Source of the DNA: Candidatus Synechococcus calcipolaris G9
GTDB lineage: Bacteria; Cyanobacteriota; Cyanobacteriia; Thermosynechococcales; Thermosynechococcaceae
Assembly: GCF_029582805.1 (NCBI RefSeq)
Contig: NZ_JAKKUT010000002.1
Coordinates: 1,886,942 to 1,918,941, forward strand
Direction: 5' to 3'
Length of the DNA stretch: 32,000 nt
Of the stretch, positions 1 through 8,940 are shown one piece after another (the first letter of the stretch is position 1; each line of letters starts with the position of its first letter). The notes below the pieces were generated by a model. It saw only the letters and a list, made by a program, of their open reading frames with translations. It was not told where the DNA came from and searched no databases. The translations under genes and the position numbers were made by a program.

Positions 1-586
1 GGCCATAGCCTACGGCATTGAGCCGCTTCAGAGCCGCAATGGATTTTTGGAATGTGCCACTCCCCCGCTGGCGATCGGTCGTTTGCCCCTGGTAGTCCGG
101 CAAGGAACAGATAATTTCCACCTGGTTTTCTGCTAACCATTGGGGTAAATCCTCCATGCCTGGGAGCAATAGGACGGTCAAGTTACAGCGATCGATCACC
201 TTCTTGCCCCGATACCTTGCTTGGGTCACTAAATAACGAAAATGGCGATTTAACTCAGGGGCACCGCCGGTAATATCCACGGTATGGGCCGTTGTTTGAT
301 CCAATGCCGTCAGACAGGCCTCAATGGTTTCTCGATCCATATTTTCTTGGGTGCGCGTGGGGCCCGCATCCACATGGCAATGACTACAGGCCATATTACA
401 AAGCTTGCCCACATTGATTTGTAGAATATCTAGGGTGACCGGGCGTAGTTCAGTCCACTGGTGCGCCTTGAGGGCCTCTTGAAAATGTCCCCCATGGGGA
501 GTTTGGCTTAAATCAAGGGCCCCTAAGGTAGCTAATTGGTTTGCTGGGGCAAGGACTGGAATACGAGAAGTTGACACAGGCGGCAT
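1..586 (-). CDS. arsS: Arsenosugar biosynthesis radical SAM protein (ArsS-like), C-terminus beyond the window edge
   Basis: Reverse-strand ORF open to the edge, starting MPPVSTSRIPVLAPANQLATLGALDL...; contains radical SAM CxxxCxxC in QINVGKLCNMACSHCHVDAGPTR, typical of the ArsS family. Absent from the ORF track because it runs off the edge. Confidence 0.85.
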   Translation of the reverse strand, partial: MPPVSTSRIPVLAPANQLATLGALDLSQTPHGGHFQEALKAHQWTELRPVTLDILQINVGKLCNMACSHCHVDAGPTRTQENMDRETIEACLTALDQTTAHTVDITGGAPELNRHFRYLVTQARYRGKKVIDRCNLTVLLLPGMEDLPQWLAENQVEIICSLPDYQGQTTDRQRGSGTFQKSIAALKRLNAVGYG

Positions 587-646
587 TTTTTCTTGCCATC
601 ATAATATAAAGGACAGTTAATTTTTAGCTAATCCTGCCATCGTGAA

Positions 647-904
647 CTAGTTCAAAAAACTTTCATATTCATCATGATCACCGATCCATATCCAGTAATA
701 ATTGTCTCCCTTCTTTAAGGCCAATGCTCGATACCCGCCACTGATGCGAGCAGACCAAAGGTTATTGCCAATTTTCTTAGAGTGCAAGGATGGATGAAGT
801 GCGTTTTCCTGCCAAAGTCGATAAGCTTTCCGTGCTTGCTCTTGCATTTCAGGTGAAAGTTCAGCATAGGCTTTTCAAAAATCAGCTGTTGCGAAGGACT
901 TCAT
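647..904 (-). pseudogene. RelE/ParE-like type II toxin with in-frame TGA at codon 10 (intact portion is the 66 aa ORF 647..847)
   Basis: Reverse strand from ATG at 904: MKSFATADF*KAYAELSPEMQEQARKAYRLWQENALHPSLHSKKIGNNLWSARISGGYRALALKKGDNYYWIWIGDHDEYESFLN. TGA at 877..875. Confidence 0.6.
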
Positions 905-1103
905 CTAGATACTGCACATTATTAGTCGCTATATCTGCCTCTGCTTTAGCGATCAAGTGATCTAGTTTCCCTGCTACAAAATCTGCTTCAATCTGTCTAT
1001 CCCACATTTCATCAAGATATTTCTGGAGCCAGTTTACCAGAGCGCGAATTTCACTCTCTGGCAGTTGCTTAATAGCTGACTCAACTTCTAAGCGATTAGT
1101 CAT
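882..1103 (-). CDS. Antitoxin-like protein upstream of the RelE/ParE-like toxin
   Basis: MTNRLEVESAIKQLPESEIRALVNWLQKYLDEMWDRQIEADFVAGKLDHLIAKAEADIATNNVQYLDEVLRNS; overlaps the toxin ATG, a typical antitoxin-toxin arrangement. ORF could extend to 1133. Confidence 0.65.
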   Translation of the reverse strand: MTNRLEVESAIKQLPESEIRALVNWLQKYLDEMWDRQIEADFVAGKLDHLIAKAEADIATNNVQYLDEVLRNS

Positions 1104-1287
1104 TCGACACCCACATTTGAAGATTAAGTCCATTTTATCGCCAATTATGGCTAAGGGGTGAGTGCCGTTGGAATTCCATTAGATGGTAGTTGCTTGGCTT
1201 CTTGCTCCAGCACTTCGGGGGATGGTGTTGCGTGAGACAATTAATCAAATCCAAAAACTGCAACTTGAGTCTTGGGATTAGATCGTT

Positions 1288-1638
1288 TCACCACGGGAGA
1301 TACTGAATTTGCCCTTCCAACTCTCCCTCCTGACTGCACTCTACAAGCACAAGCAAATCTTCAATTACCTGGCCGACTGGAGAATCCGTGGCGATTTCGA
1401 TCACTCCTGGCATGGGCTGTCCTTGCCTTACGCGATCGTAGGCGTAACGAGTAATCGTCGCAACATCATGAGTCAACAGAACACGCCCTTCTTGTGCTGC
1501 CCAGTCTAAGATGGCCGAATCATCCATGCCCGACAACCCGACATCTTGAACACGAACCATGTCAAGCATCGGATTGCGCCGAAACAAGCCTCGACAGATC
1601 GTGTTATCGAAGTTCTCATCCACAAGCAACTTTAACAT
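1288..1638 (-). CDS. DUF5615 family PIN-like protein
   Basis: MLKLLVDENFDNTICRGLFRR...DVGLSGMDDSAILDWAAQEGRVLLTHD: N-terminal DEN and late THD acidic motifs of the DUF5615/Mut7-C-like PIN family. Confidence 0.75.
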   Translation of the reverse strand: MLKLLVDENFDNTICRGLFRRNPMLDMVRVQDVGLSGMDDSAILDWAAQEGRVLLTHDVATITRYAYDRVRQGQPMPGVIEIATDSPVGQVIEDLLVLVECSQEGELEGQIQYLPW

Positions 1639-1970
1639 GCTTCTTGATCTGCTCTACGGGCAAACAGTCGATCTCGTATGCTTTGCGGGTCAAATCTTGC
1701 TTGATTCATTTCCCGAATCTCTTGTGCGTACTGCCGTCGCTGTTGCAAGTAGGCTTCTACTTCCGATGGGTGCTTGAGATAGAAAGCGATTGTGGCATAA
1801 ACGTCAGCTAACTTGAGTGATGGATAACGGTAAATAATCTCCTCTGCTGTCGCACCCTGATTGAAAACGGTAACTACAGTATCCAATGAGACGCGAGTTT
1901 TCCCGACGAGAATTACACCATCTTCGTTTGGTAATAGGGGAGCAAGTTCAGCCACGATTGCTAGTGTCAT
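1632..1970 (-). CDS. DUF433 domain-containing protein (partner of DUF5615 gene)
   Basis: GKTRVSLDTVVTVFNQGATAEEIIYRYPSLKLADVYATIAFYLKHPSEVEAYL is characteristic of DUF433; overlaps the downstream DUF5615 ORF by 7 bp. Confidence 0.75.
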   Translation of the reverse strand: MTLAIVAELAPLLPNEDGVILVGKTRVSLDTVVTVFNQGATAEEIIYRYPSLKLADVYATIAFYLKHPSEVEAYLQQRRQYAQEIREMNQARFDPQSIRDRLFARRADQEAC

Positions 1971-2055
1971 AAGTACCTTTAGAGGGTTTATCCTGCATTT
2001 ACAGTACGATATGCTATTACCTATTAATAGTAGTCTTTGAATAGGTAATATTTGA

Positions 2056-2442
2056 CTAAGATTTAACCTCGATCAACTCCACTTTATAGCCATCGGGATC
2101 TTCAACAAAGGCAATCACTGTGGTGCCGTGCTTCATCGGCCCTGGGGGGCGAATAATTTTACCGCCTTTACTGGAAATTGCATCACAGGTTGCATAAATG
2201 TCGTCCACGCCAATGGCAATGTGGCCGTAGGCATTCCCTAGGTCGTAGGAGGTAGTTCCCCAGTTATGGGTTAATTCCAGAACCGTCTCTTGGGATTCAT
2301 CCCCATAGCCAATAAAGGCCAGGGTAAACTCACCCCCTGGATAATCCTGACGACGCAGGAGGGACATTCCTAGAACATTGCAGTAAAAATCTAGGGATTT
2401 CTCTAGATTGCCCACTCGGAGCATCGTGTGCAAAAGTCGCAT
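2056..2442 (-). CDS. gloA: Lactoylglutathione lyase (glyoxalase I)
   Basis: [49 protein letters not shown]...ELTHNWG...GHIAIGVDD...[14 protein letters not shown]; canonical glyoxalase I. Confidence 0.95.
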   Translation of the reverse strand: MRLLHTMLRVGNLEKSLDFYCNVLGMSLLRRQDYPGGEFTLAFIGYGDESQETVLELTHNWGTTSYDLGNAYGHIAIGVDDIYATCDAISSKGGKIIRPPGPMKHGTTVIAFVEDPDGYKVELIEVKS

Positions 2443-2537
2443 AGGAATTAACCCAAACCCAACAAAATGACGATACTACCTTAGAAAGGCATCGGAGTAC
2501 CAGTGATTGTTGACCAGACTTTTTGACTAAAGTCGAT

Positions 2538-2720
2538 CTAGTCTAGGGACTCTTTAATCTTGTCTTTGACATTCTCGATGGTATGACCAATCTGTGCTTC
2601 GGTTTGCTTGGCTTTTCCTTCCAGTTTGGCTTCGGGATCTCCGGTGATTTCACCGACGGCTTCTTGGATCTTGCCTTCAATGTTTTTAGCAGTCGCTTTG
2701 ATTTTGTCATCTAAGCCCAT
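2538..2720 (-). CDS. CsbD family stress protein
   Basis: MGLDDKIKATAKNIEGKIQEAVGEITGDPEAKLEGKAKQTEAQIGHTIENVKDKIKESLD; the longer ORF to 2789 has an unlikely N-terminal extension. Confidence 0.85.
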   Translation of the reverse strand: MGLDDKIKATAKNIEGKIQEAVGEITGDPEAKLEGKAKQTEAQIGHTIENVKDKIKESLD

Positions 2721-2930
2721 GGTAGACTCCTTTAAGCGAAAATTTGCTATGAACACCTCAAGTCTAACATCCATACAAAGATTAGACAAATATTAGTATA
2801 AATATTGGCAATATTGGCGGTGCAAAACGGCTGTAGCGTAGAATTGCAAGGGGAGTGTAAATCCCATTCGTTCAAATTCAAACAGACTCAGAATTAGCAA
2901 CGCAAGATTAAATAGAGGTGATCCTGCCCC

Positions 2931-3551
2931 ATGGCCACCATTGCAATCGTCGATTACGATATGGGTAATTTACATTCGGTCTGTAAGGGACTAGATGTCG
3001 TTGGCGGCCAACCGACCATTAGCGATCGCCCGGAGGAGCTTTGGGCTGCGGATGGGGTGGTCTTGCCGGGGGTGGGTTCCTTTGATCCAGCAATGGAGCA
3101 GTTGCGGCGGCGGGGATTAGGAACGGTTATTCAAGAAATTATTGCCAGTGGTAAACCGTTTTTAGGGATTTGCTTAGGTTTACAAATCTTGTTTCAGGGA
3201 AGCGAAGAGGGAACGGAACCCGGTTTAGGGGTATTTTCAGGGATGGTGAAGCATTTTCAAGCCGAACCCCATTTAACCATTCCCCACATGGGCTGGAATC
3301 AGTTGGAGTTTAGCCAATGCAATCATCCCTGCTGGCAAAATTTACCCCCCCAACCCTGGGTCTATTTTGTCCATTCCTATTATGTGGCCCCGGAAGACCC
3401 GCAGCTAACGGCGGCCTATGTCACCCACGGCCAGCAGCGGGTAACGGCGGCGATCGCCCAGGGGAATGTGATCGCAAGTCAGTTTCACCCGGAAAAATCT
3501 GGGCCCACGGGGCTACAGATCTTGAAAAATTTTGTTCAATCCCTGAGTTAG
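2931..3551 (+). CDS. hisH: Imidazole glycerol phosphate synthase subunit HisH
   Basis: MATIAIVDYDMGNLHSVCKGLDVVGG...VLPGVGSFDPAMEQLRR...GKPFLGICLGLQILFQGSEEG...QFHPEKSG; class I glutamine amidotransferase of His synthesis. Confidence 0.96.
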   Translation: MATIAIVDYDMGNLHSVCKGLDVVGGQPTISDRPEELWAADGVVLPGVGSFDPAMEQLRRRGLGTVIQEIIASGKPFLGICLGLQILFQGSEEGTEPGLGVFSGMVKHFQAEPHLTIPHMGWNQLEFSQCNHPCWQNLPPQPWVYFVHSYYVAPEDPQLTAAYVTHGQQRVTAAIAQGNVIASQFHPEKSGPTGLQILKNFVQSLS

Positions 3552-3557
3552 GGCATT

Positions 3558-4769
3558 ATGGCGATCGCTTCCCAGACATTGATCACGGCTGAACTGAGCA
3601 ACGCCCTAGACCAAGGGTGGTTAAACCCGGCCCACGCCCAGCCACTCCTAGAACAGGCCTACCAATGTGCCTCTGCCTTGGTAGATAGGTTAGACCCATT
3701 AGATCAGCTACCGCCCCTTCTCCAGGATGTGCAGAGGAGTGCCGATCACCTCCGTCACCGTCAGGTGGGCGATCGCGTCACCTATGTGATTAATCGAAAT
3801 ATTAACTTTACTAATATCTGTGAGCAGCACTGTGGCTTTTGTGCCTTTCGTCGCGATGCTAATACTCCTGGAGCCTACTGGCTCACCCCAGATGAAATTT
3901 TAGAAAAAACCGCCGCCGGAGTCGAGCAAGGAGCCACAGAAATTTGTATGCAGGGGGGGCTCAATCCAGAGGCAAAGCAAGGGGGGAGATCGCTGGCGTA
4001 CTATGTACAGTTGGTCAAAACCATTAAACAGGCCTTTCCCCAACTTCATCTCCATGCCTTTTCCCCCCAGGAAATTCAGTTCATTGCCCGTCAGGATGAT
4101 CTAGGCTACGAGCAGGTAATTGCCAGCCTCCAAGCCGCAGGGGTAGATTCCCTGCCCGGAACCGCCGCCGAGGTCTTAGTGGATCCCGTGCGCCGGATGA
4201 TCTGTCCTGAAAAAATCAATACGGCAACCTGGCTAGAAATTATTACTACCGCCCATCGCCTCGGCCTTTGGACCACCAGTACGATGCTCTCTGGTCATAT
4301 TGAAACTGCAGCGGATCAAGTTGCCCATTTAGCCCAGCTGCGACGACTCCAAGAGACGGCCCTAGAGCGAGGCTATCCCGGTCGTATCAGTGAATTTATT
4401 CTCTTACCCTACGTGGGAGAGCAAGCTCCCCGGCCGATGCAGCGTTTAGTGGGCCATTCCCAACCCCGTTTACTGCCCACCTTGATTTTGACGGCGATCG
4501 CCCGTTTAATGTTAGGATGCTGGATTCCGAATCATCAGCCCAGTTGGGTCAAATTAGGCCTAGCAGGGGCAACAACGGCCCTGAATTGGGGATGCAATGA
4601 TCTTGGTGGCACATTGATGGAGGAACATATTACAACCATGGCTGGGGCAATGGGCGGAACCGCAATGACGGTTAATCAGTTACGGACGGCCATTCACAGC
4701 CTAGGGCGATCGCCCCAGCAACGGACGACCTTGTACCATCTCCTAGGAGAGTCTTGTCATGCAGCCTGA
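3558..4769 (+). CDS. cofH: FO synthase subunit 2 (CofH), radical SAM
   Basis: [15 protein letters not shown]-type region reads [27 protein letters not shown]; also [37 protein letters not shown]-like [15 protein letters not shown]. Confidence 0.92.
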   Translation: MAIASQTLITAELSNALDQGWLNPAHAQPLLEQAYQCASALVDRLDPLDQLPPLLQDVQRSADHLRHRQVGDRVTYVINRNINFTNICEQHCGFCAFRRDANTPGAYWLTPDEILEKTAAGVEQGATEICMQGGLNPEAKQGGRSLAYYVQLVKTIKQAFPQLHLHAFSPQEIQFIARQDDLGYEQVIASLQAAGVDSLPGTAAEVLVDPVRRMICPEKINTATWLEIITTAHRLGLWTTSTMLSGHIETAADQVAHLAQLRRLQETALERGYPGRISEFILLPYVGEQAPRPMQRLVGHSQPRLLPTLILTAIARLMLGCWIPNHQPSWVKLGLAGATTALNWGCNDLGGTLMEEHITTMAGAMGGTAMTVNQLRTAIHSLGRSPQQRTTLYHLLGESCHAA

Positions 4770-6402
4770 GGTTCAAACCAATCCCATCCTCCCCCCCCGT
4801 CCCAACCGCAAACCCCTGATCTGGCTGGGTGTCGGTCTAGCCACCGTAGCGATCGCCGCTGGTGTGGGCTACTGGGCCTGGCAACGGATGCTCCGAAAAT
4901 CTCTCCCAGCGGGTATGTCCCTGGTGCCCCAATCAGCCCTGTATACCCTGTCTGTGTCCACGGTTCCTGAGCATTGGCAACCCCTAGCCGATCGGGATAT
5001 TCTCAAGGCCCTCCCCTGGTTAAATCAATCCTTTGGACCGGTGGATCAAGAGGGGGTGAACATTGCCAATATTGATTATCTCAGGGATATTCGCCCCTGG
5101 ATTGGGGATCAGGCCACCGTGGCCGTCCTTCCCATTTCCCCAGAGACGGTGCTAGGTTCCCCAGAGCAGCCCCAGGTGTGGGTTGTCCCCGTGATTGATG
5201 TTCCTGGGGCCCAAACTTTGCTACAACGCTATAGCCAAAACCCCATTGAGGAAGTTGGTGATGCGGTGATCTATGAAGCCCCGGACTTTATTGGCGATAG
5301 GATAGGAGGCGGTAATCGCAATGGGGCGATCGCCCTAGTCCGCCACGATGATAGTCCCTACTTAGTTTGGAGTAATATCCCCGCCACCCTGCGCCAAGTG
5401 ATTATGACCAGTAAACAGGGGGATTCCGTGGCGGATTTACCCCGATATGCAGCGGCGGTGGCAGACACAACGACATCGGGGCAACGTTTAGCGGAAATCT
5501 ACATTAACGTACCCGCCCTTTTGGGATATACCCGTAGTGGAGATGGGGATAGCGCAGATGGGGCTAATGCCGCCGGTCTGGGCAATGACCTCCAGGGCTT
5601 TGTCGCCTCGGTGAGTTTACAACCCAATCAGGTGAACCTCCAGGCCGTTACCTGGTTGCCCGCCAATAGCGATCGCGCCTTGGTTCCAGAAACACGGGTA
5701 CAAAACCTCAGCGATCGCCTGCCCCAGGATACCGCCTTCTTTTACAGTACGGGGAATACCCAACAGTTTTGGCAAAACGCACCGGACGGGCTGCAAAAAT
5801 CCATTGGCAGCGGCCTCAAGGATATGACGGGACTTGATTGGCAAACGGATTTTATGACTTGGCTGGATGGGGAATTTGCAGCGGCGATCGTACCAACCCA
5901 ACGTCAATACCCAGCCTTTGGTCTAGTGTTCTTAGCGGAAACCAGCGAAGATGCCCGCGCCAATGGGGCCCTGAGTCAACTAGATCAGGCCATGGGCGAT
6001 CGACTGCAATGGATGATCGACCAGAGTACCCAGGATGACCTGACCGTAACCACCTGGAAAATTCCGCCGGGTTTGCCCGTGGCCTACCATGGCTGGTTGG
6101 ACAATCGCACCCTCTTTTTAAGTTTGGGCCCCGCCCTGATGAATCAGTTGGTACCACCGCCCCGGCCCTCCCTCGGTCAATCCCCCCTGTTTCGTTCTGT
6201 CATTACCGCAAATAGTAGTAGCCAGCTATTTATCAATTTCAGCGATTTGGGCAGACTAACCAATAGTCCCCTATTGCCGGAGTTGGGAGGTAATCTGCGC
6301 CAGTCCCTCGCTCCCATTCAGGCCCTAGGGATGAGTAGTACCATTCGGGATGCGAATAGTAGTCGTTATGATGTGCGAATTCTCCTCCATCCTGATGAAT
6401 AA
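4759..6402 (+). CDS. DUF3352 domain-containing protein with N-terminal TM
   Basis: 547 aa; N-terminal [21 protein letters not shown], then [38 protein letters not shown]... as in cyanobacterial DUF3352 proteins. Confidence 0.75.
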   Translation: MQPEVQTNPILPPRPNRKPLIWLGVGLATVAIAAGVGYWAWQRMLRKSLPAGMSLVPQSALYTLSVSTVPEHWQPLADRDILKALPWLNQSFGPVDQEGVNIANIDYLRDIRPWIGDQATVAVLPISPETVLGSPEQPQVWVVPVIDVPGAQTLLQRYSQNPIEEVGDAVIYEAPDFIGDRIGGGNRNGAIALVRHDDSPYLVWSNIPATLRQVIMTSKQGDSVADLPRYAAAVADTTTSGQRLAEIYINVPALLGYTRSGDGDSADGANAAGLGNDLQGFVASVSLQPNQVNLQAVTWLPANSDRALVPETRVQNLSDRLPQDTAFFYSTGNTQQFWQNAPDGLQKSIGSGLKDMTGLDWQTDFMTWLDGEFAAAIVPTQRQYPAFGLVFLAETSEDARANGALSQLDQAMGDRLQWMIDQSTQDDLTVTTWKIPPGLPVAYHGWLDNRTLFLSLGPALMNQLVPPPRPSLGQSPLFRSVITANSSSQLFINFSDLGRLTNSPLLPELGGNLRQSLAPIQALGMSSTIRDANSSRYDVRILLHPDE

Positions 6403-6417
6403 TTCTGGAGACACTTT

Positions 6418-7350
6418 GTGAATGCGGAAGAATTGTTAAAGGCCTATGGGGCGGGAGAACGAGATTTTCAGGGAGTCAATTTACGCCACGTTAATCTGAG
6501 TCGAGCCTGCCTAGAGCGGATCAATTTAAGTCGTTCAAACCTGGCAGATGCGGGACTTCAGGGAGCCAATTTGCAGGGGGCAGATCTCTGCGGAGCTATC
6601 CTCAGTGAGGTGAGTCTCAGTCATGCGGATCTACGGGGAGCGGATCTGCGGGGGGTGATTTTAACCAGTGGGGATCTCCGTCGCGTCATTCTTCGGAAAA
6701 CAAACCTGACCGGGGCAGATCTCAGTCGGGCCAATTTAGCCAATGCGGATCTCAGTGAAGCCAATCTCACCGGAGCCCAATTGAGCGAAGCCATTCTCCG
6801 GGAGGCAGATCTAACCCTAGCGGATCTAACCCTAGCGGAGTTAGAGCGGGCCAACTTAACCCGAGCGAACCTGACGGAGGCCTACCTGCGGGGCGCAGAC
6901 CTAGCCGATGCCGTTCTCCGGGAAGCCCAACTGCCCCAAGCCAACCTGCGGGGGTCTAATCTCAGCAATACTGACCTACAGCAAACTAATCTAGAGCGGG
7001 CTATTCTGATTGGGGCCAATCTGCGGGGAGCCCGTTTAGAGGAAGCCAATCTACGCCAAGCCTCGTTCAAAGAAGCGAATCTACGCCATGCCTGCCTAGA
7101 TAAAGCCAATTTAGTGGGGGCAGATCTGCGGGGTGTTAGTCTGGCGCGATCGCTCCTGCGGGGGGCCGATCTCAGTGATGCAATTTTGATTGGAGCCAAT
7201 CTGATGGGGGCTAACCTGAGTGATGCTACGCTGCGGGGAGCCAATCTCATTGAGGCAATTTTGACCGGAGCGAGTATGTCTGGGGTTGATTTGACCGGTG
7301 TTGATCTGAGCCAAGCCGTCATGCCCGATGGGGTACTATCGGATATTTAA
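6418..7350 (+). CDS. Pentapeptide repeat protein
   Basis: 310 aa dominated by A(D/N)LxxAxL repeats, e.g. ANLRHACLDKANLVGADLRGVSLARSLLRGADLSDAILIGANLMGANLSD. Confidence 0.95.
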   Translation: MNAEELLKAYGAGERDFQGVNLRHVNLSRACLERINLSRSNLADAGLQGANLQGADLCGAILSEVSLSHADLRGADLRGVILTSGDLRRVILRKTNLTGADLSRANLANADLSEANLTGAQLSEAILREADLTLADLTLAELERANLTRANLTEAYLRGADLADAVLREAQLPQANLRGSNLSNTDLQQTNLERAILIGANLRGARLEEANLRQASFKEANLRHACLDKANLVGADLRGVSLARSLLRGADLSDAILIGANLMGANLSDATLRGANLIEAILTGASMSGVDLTGVDLSQAVMPDGVLSDI

Positions 7351-7389
7351 GACAAGTACTTAAGACGGATATGTAGGAGCTAAAACCCA

Positions 7390-8940
7390 TTGGTGTCACC
7401 TCTCTCGTCCCGATCTCAGCCCCTAGGTCTGTCTAGGGTGGGTTGGATATTCCATCTAGCTTTAGTGTTGATTTTAACCCTGAGTTGGCTGCACGTCACC
7501 CAAGGGGCCTGGATGTGGCTCCTGGGTAGGGTGGCGGCAGGTTGGCCAAGTCCGTTGGGAATCCTGATCCTAGGTTCAGTCCTTGGCGGGGTAATCTATG
7601 GTGTACGATTTCTGGGTTGGCGATTTAGACTGGTCGCACTAGCACCTCGGCCTCTTCCGTTCCTATTCATGGTGGGCATGGCGATCGCCACGGTGGTAGA
7701 GCCATACCTTTTAGCCTTGCCCCAATTAGCTGCCGTATTTTGGTTAATGAGTGCCTACGGGTTCCTAGGCTTAGTGATCTCTAAGGAGCGTTGGCAGCGG
7801 GGATTGAGTTTCGGTATTTTGGCGGCGGTGATCCTTCCCTTTAGCCTAGATATGAATGTGGGATTGGGGTTTCCCCTGCGGCTGTGGACAGCAAATACGG
7901 TCGCCCATCTCTTTAGCCAACTGGGTGGGACAGTGATCACCTCCCAGGATATTGTGGTACTGGAAAATACCTTTGCTCAGGTGGACTTGCCCTGTAGTGG
8001 TCTCAAGGGGTTGGGAGTGGGCTTTATTTTTTTCCTGCTGATCACTTGTGTAGAGCGGTGTTCCATGGGTATAGGTTGGCTCTTGGTCTGCCTAACCCAG
8101 GGATTACTCCTAATAGTTGCCAATGTGGGACGGGTGGCTATTTTGGTATTTTTGGGAGCAATCCACCAAGAACGTTTGGCGGCAATTCTCCATGTGCCCT
8201 TGGGGGTGATCGGCTTTATCACCTGTCTGTTGGTTACCTGGGTTCTACTGCGTTGTTTGCCAAAAATAGAACTGAAAACAGTACCAAAAACAGATAGGTA
8301 TCCTGCCCCTAGGACAGAAAAGGACGGGCGATCGCCCCTAGGTATCTCTCCATGGCCCTTGGGAATGGCCACCCTTGTTTTTCTGGTTTTGATGGGACTT
8401 CCTCCGGCTTCCCTCGGCACAACAGGTTTAGCTGATTTGCACCATCTCCCTTGGCCAGCCTCCCTGGAGCGGCAAGTCCTGGCCCTTTCTCCCCTAGAAG
8501 AAACCTTTTTTGCCCAGATACCGGGAACGATTGTTACCAAGGAAGCCTTTGCACAGGGAGACATCTCAGGCACATTTTTAGTGGTGGGTAGTTCCTCCTG
8601 GCGATCGCACCACGCGCCAGAGCAATGTTTTCAGGGGAATGGGTTTCAGTTAACCTCCCTGACGGAAACGACTCTGGGGCCCAATTTGCCGGTACATTGG
8701 TTGACCTTAAATGGGGGAGCGCAAACGGCAGCCTATTGGTTTCAATCACCCCAGCGGATTACACCCCACTACCTGGATCGTTTTTGGGCCAGTCTTGGGC
8801 GATCGCCGGCCAACTCTTGGCTGATGGTGTCGATCCTATTTGATCCCGGGTATCCAGCCACGGATCCCCAGATCCAGGATTTAGCCCAAACGATCCAAGA
8901 AACCCTTCAGTCCGCTTGGCAGGAGTCCTCCCATGGGTAG
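7390..8940 (+). CDS. xrtO: Exosortase (likely exosortase O) with C-terminal EpsI-like/DUF3485-like domain
   Basis: Multi-TM protein with exosortase catalytic motif LPCSGLKGLGVGFIFF, later NVGRVAILVFLG, then a periplasmic domain with HHAPEQCFQGNGFQ as in EpsI-type proteins. Confidence 0.75.
   Translation: MVSPLSSRSQPLGLSRVGWIFHLALVLILTLSWLHVTQGAWMWLLGRVAAGWPSPLGILILGSVLGGVIYGVRFLGWRFRLVALAPRPLPFLFMVGMAIATVVEPYLLALPQLAAVFWLMSAYGFLGLVISKERWQRGLSFGILAAVILPFSLDMNVGLGFPLRLWTANTVAHLFSQLGGTVITSQDIVVLENTFAQVDLPCSGLKGLGVGFIFFLLITCVERCSMGIGWLLVCLTQGLLLIVANVGRVAILVFLGAIHQERLAAILHVPLGVIGFITCLLVTWVLLRCLPKIELKTVPKTDRYPAPRTEKDGRSPLGISPWPLGMATLVFLVLMGLPPASLGTTGLADLHHLPWPASLERQVLALSPLEETFFAQIPGTIVTKEAFAQGDISGTFLVVGSSSWRSHHAPEQCFQGNGFQLTSLTETTLGPNLPVHWLTLNGGAQTAAYWFQSPQRITPHYLDRFWASLGRSPANSWLMVSILFDPGYPATDPQIQDLAQTIQETLQSAWQESSHG

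Noticed and set aside
1272-1811. Plus-strand ORFs 1272..1454, 1309..1509, 1494..1811 and 1559..1777
   Set aside because: They overlap the well supported DUF5615 and DUF433 genes on the opposite strand and have no recognisable motifs.
6621-7322. Antisense ORFs (6621..6854, 6882..7322, 7111..7314) opposite the pentapeptide gene
   Set aside because: Their repetitive Arg/Ser/Ala-rich composition is a mirror of the pentapeptide repeat codons on the sense strand.
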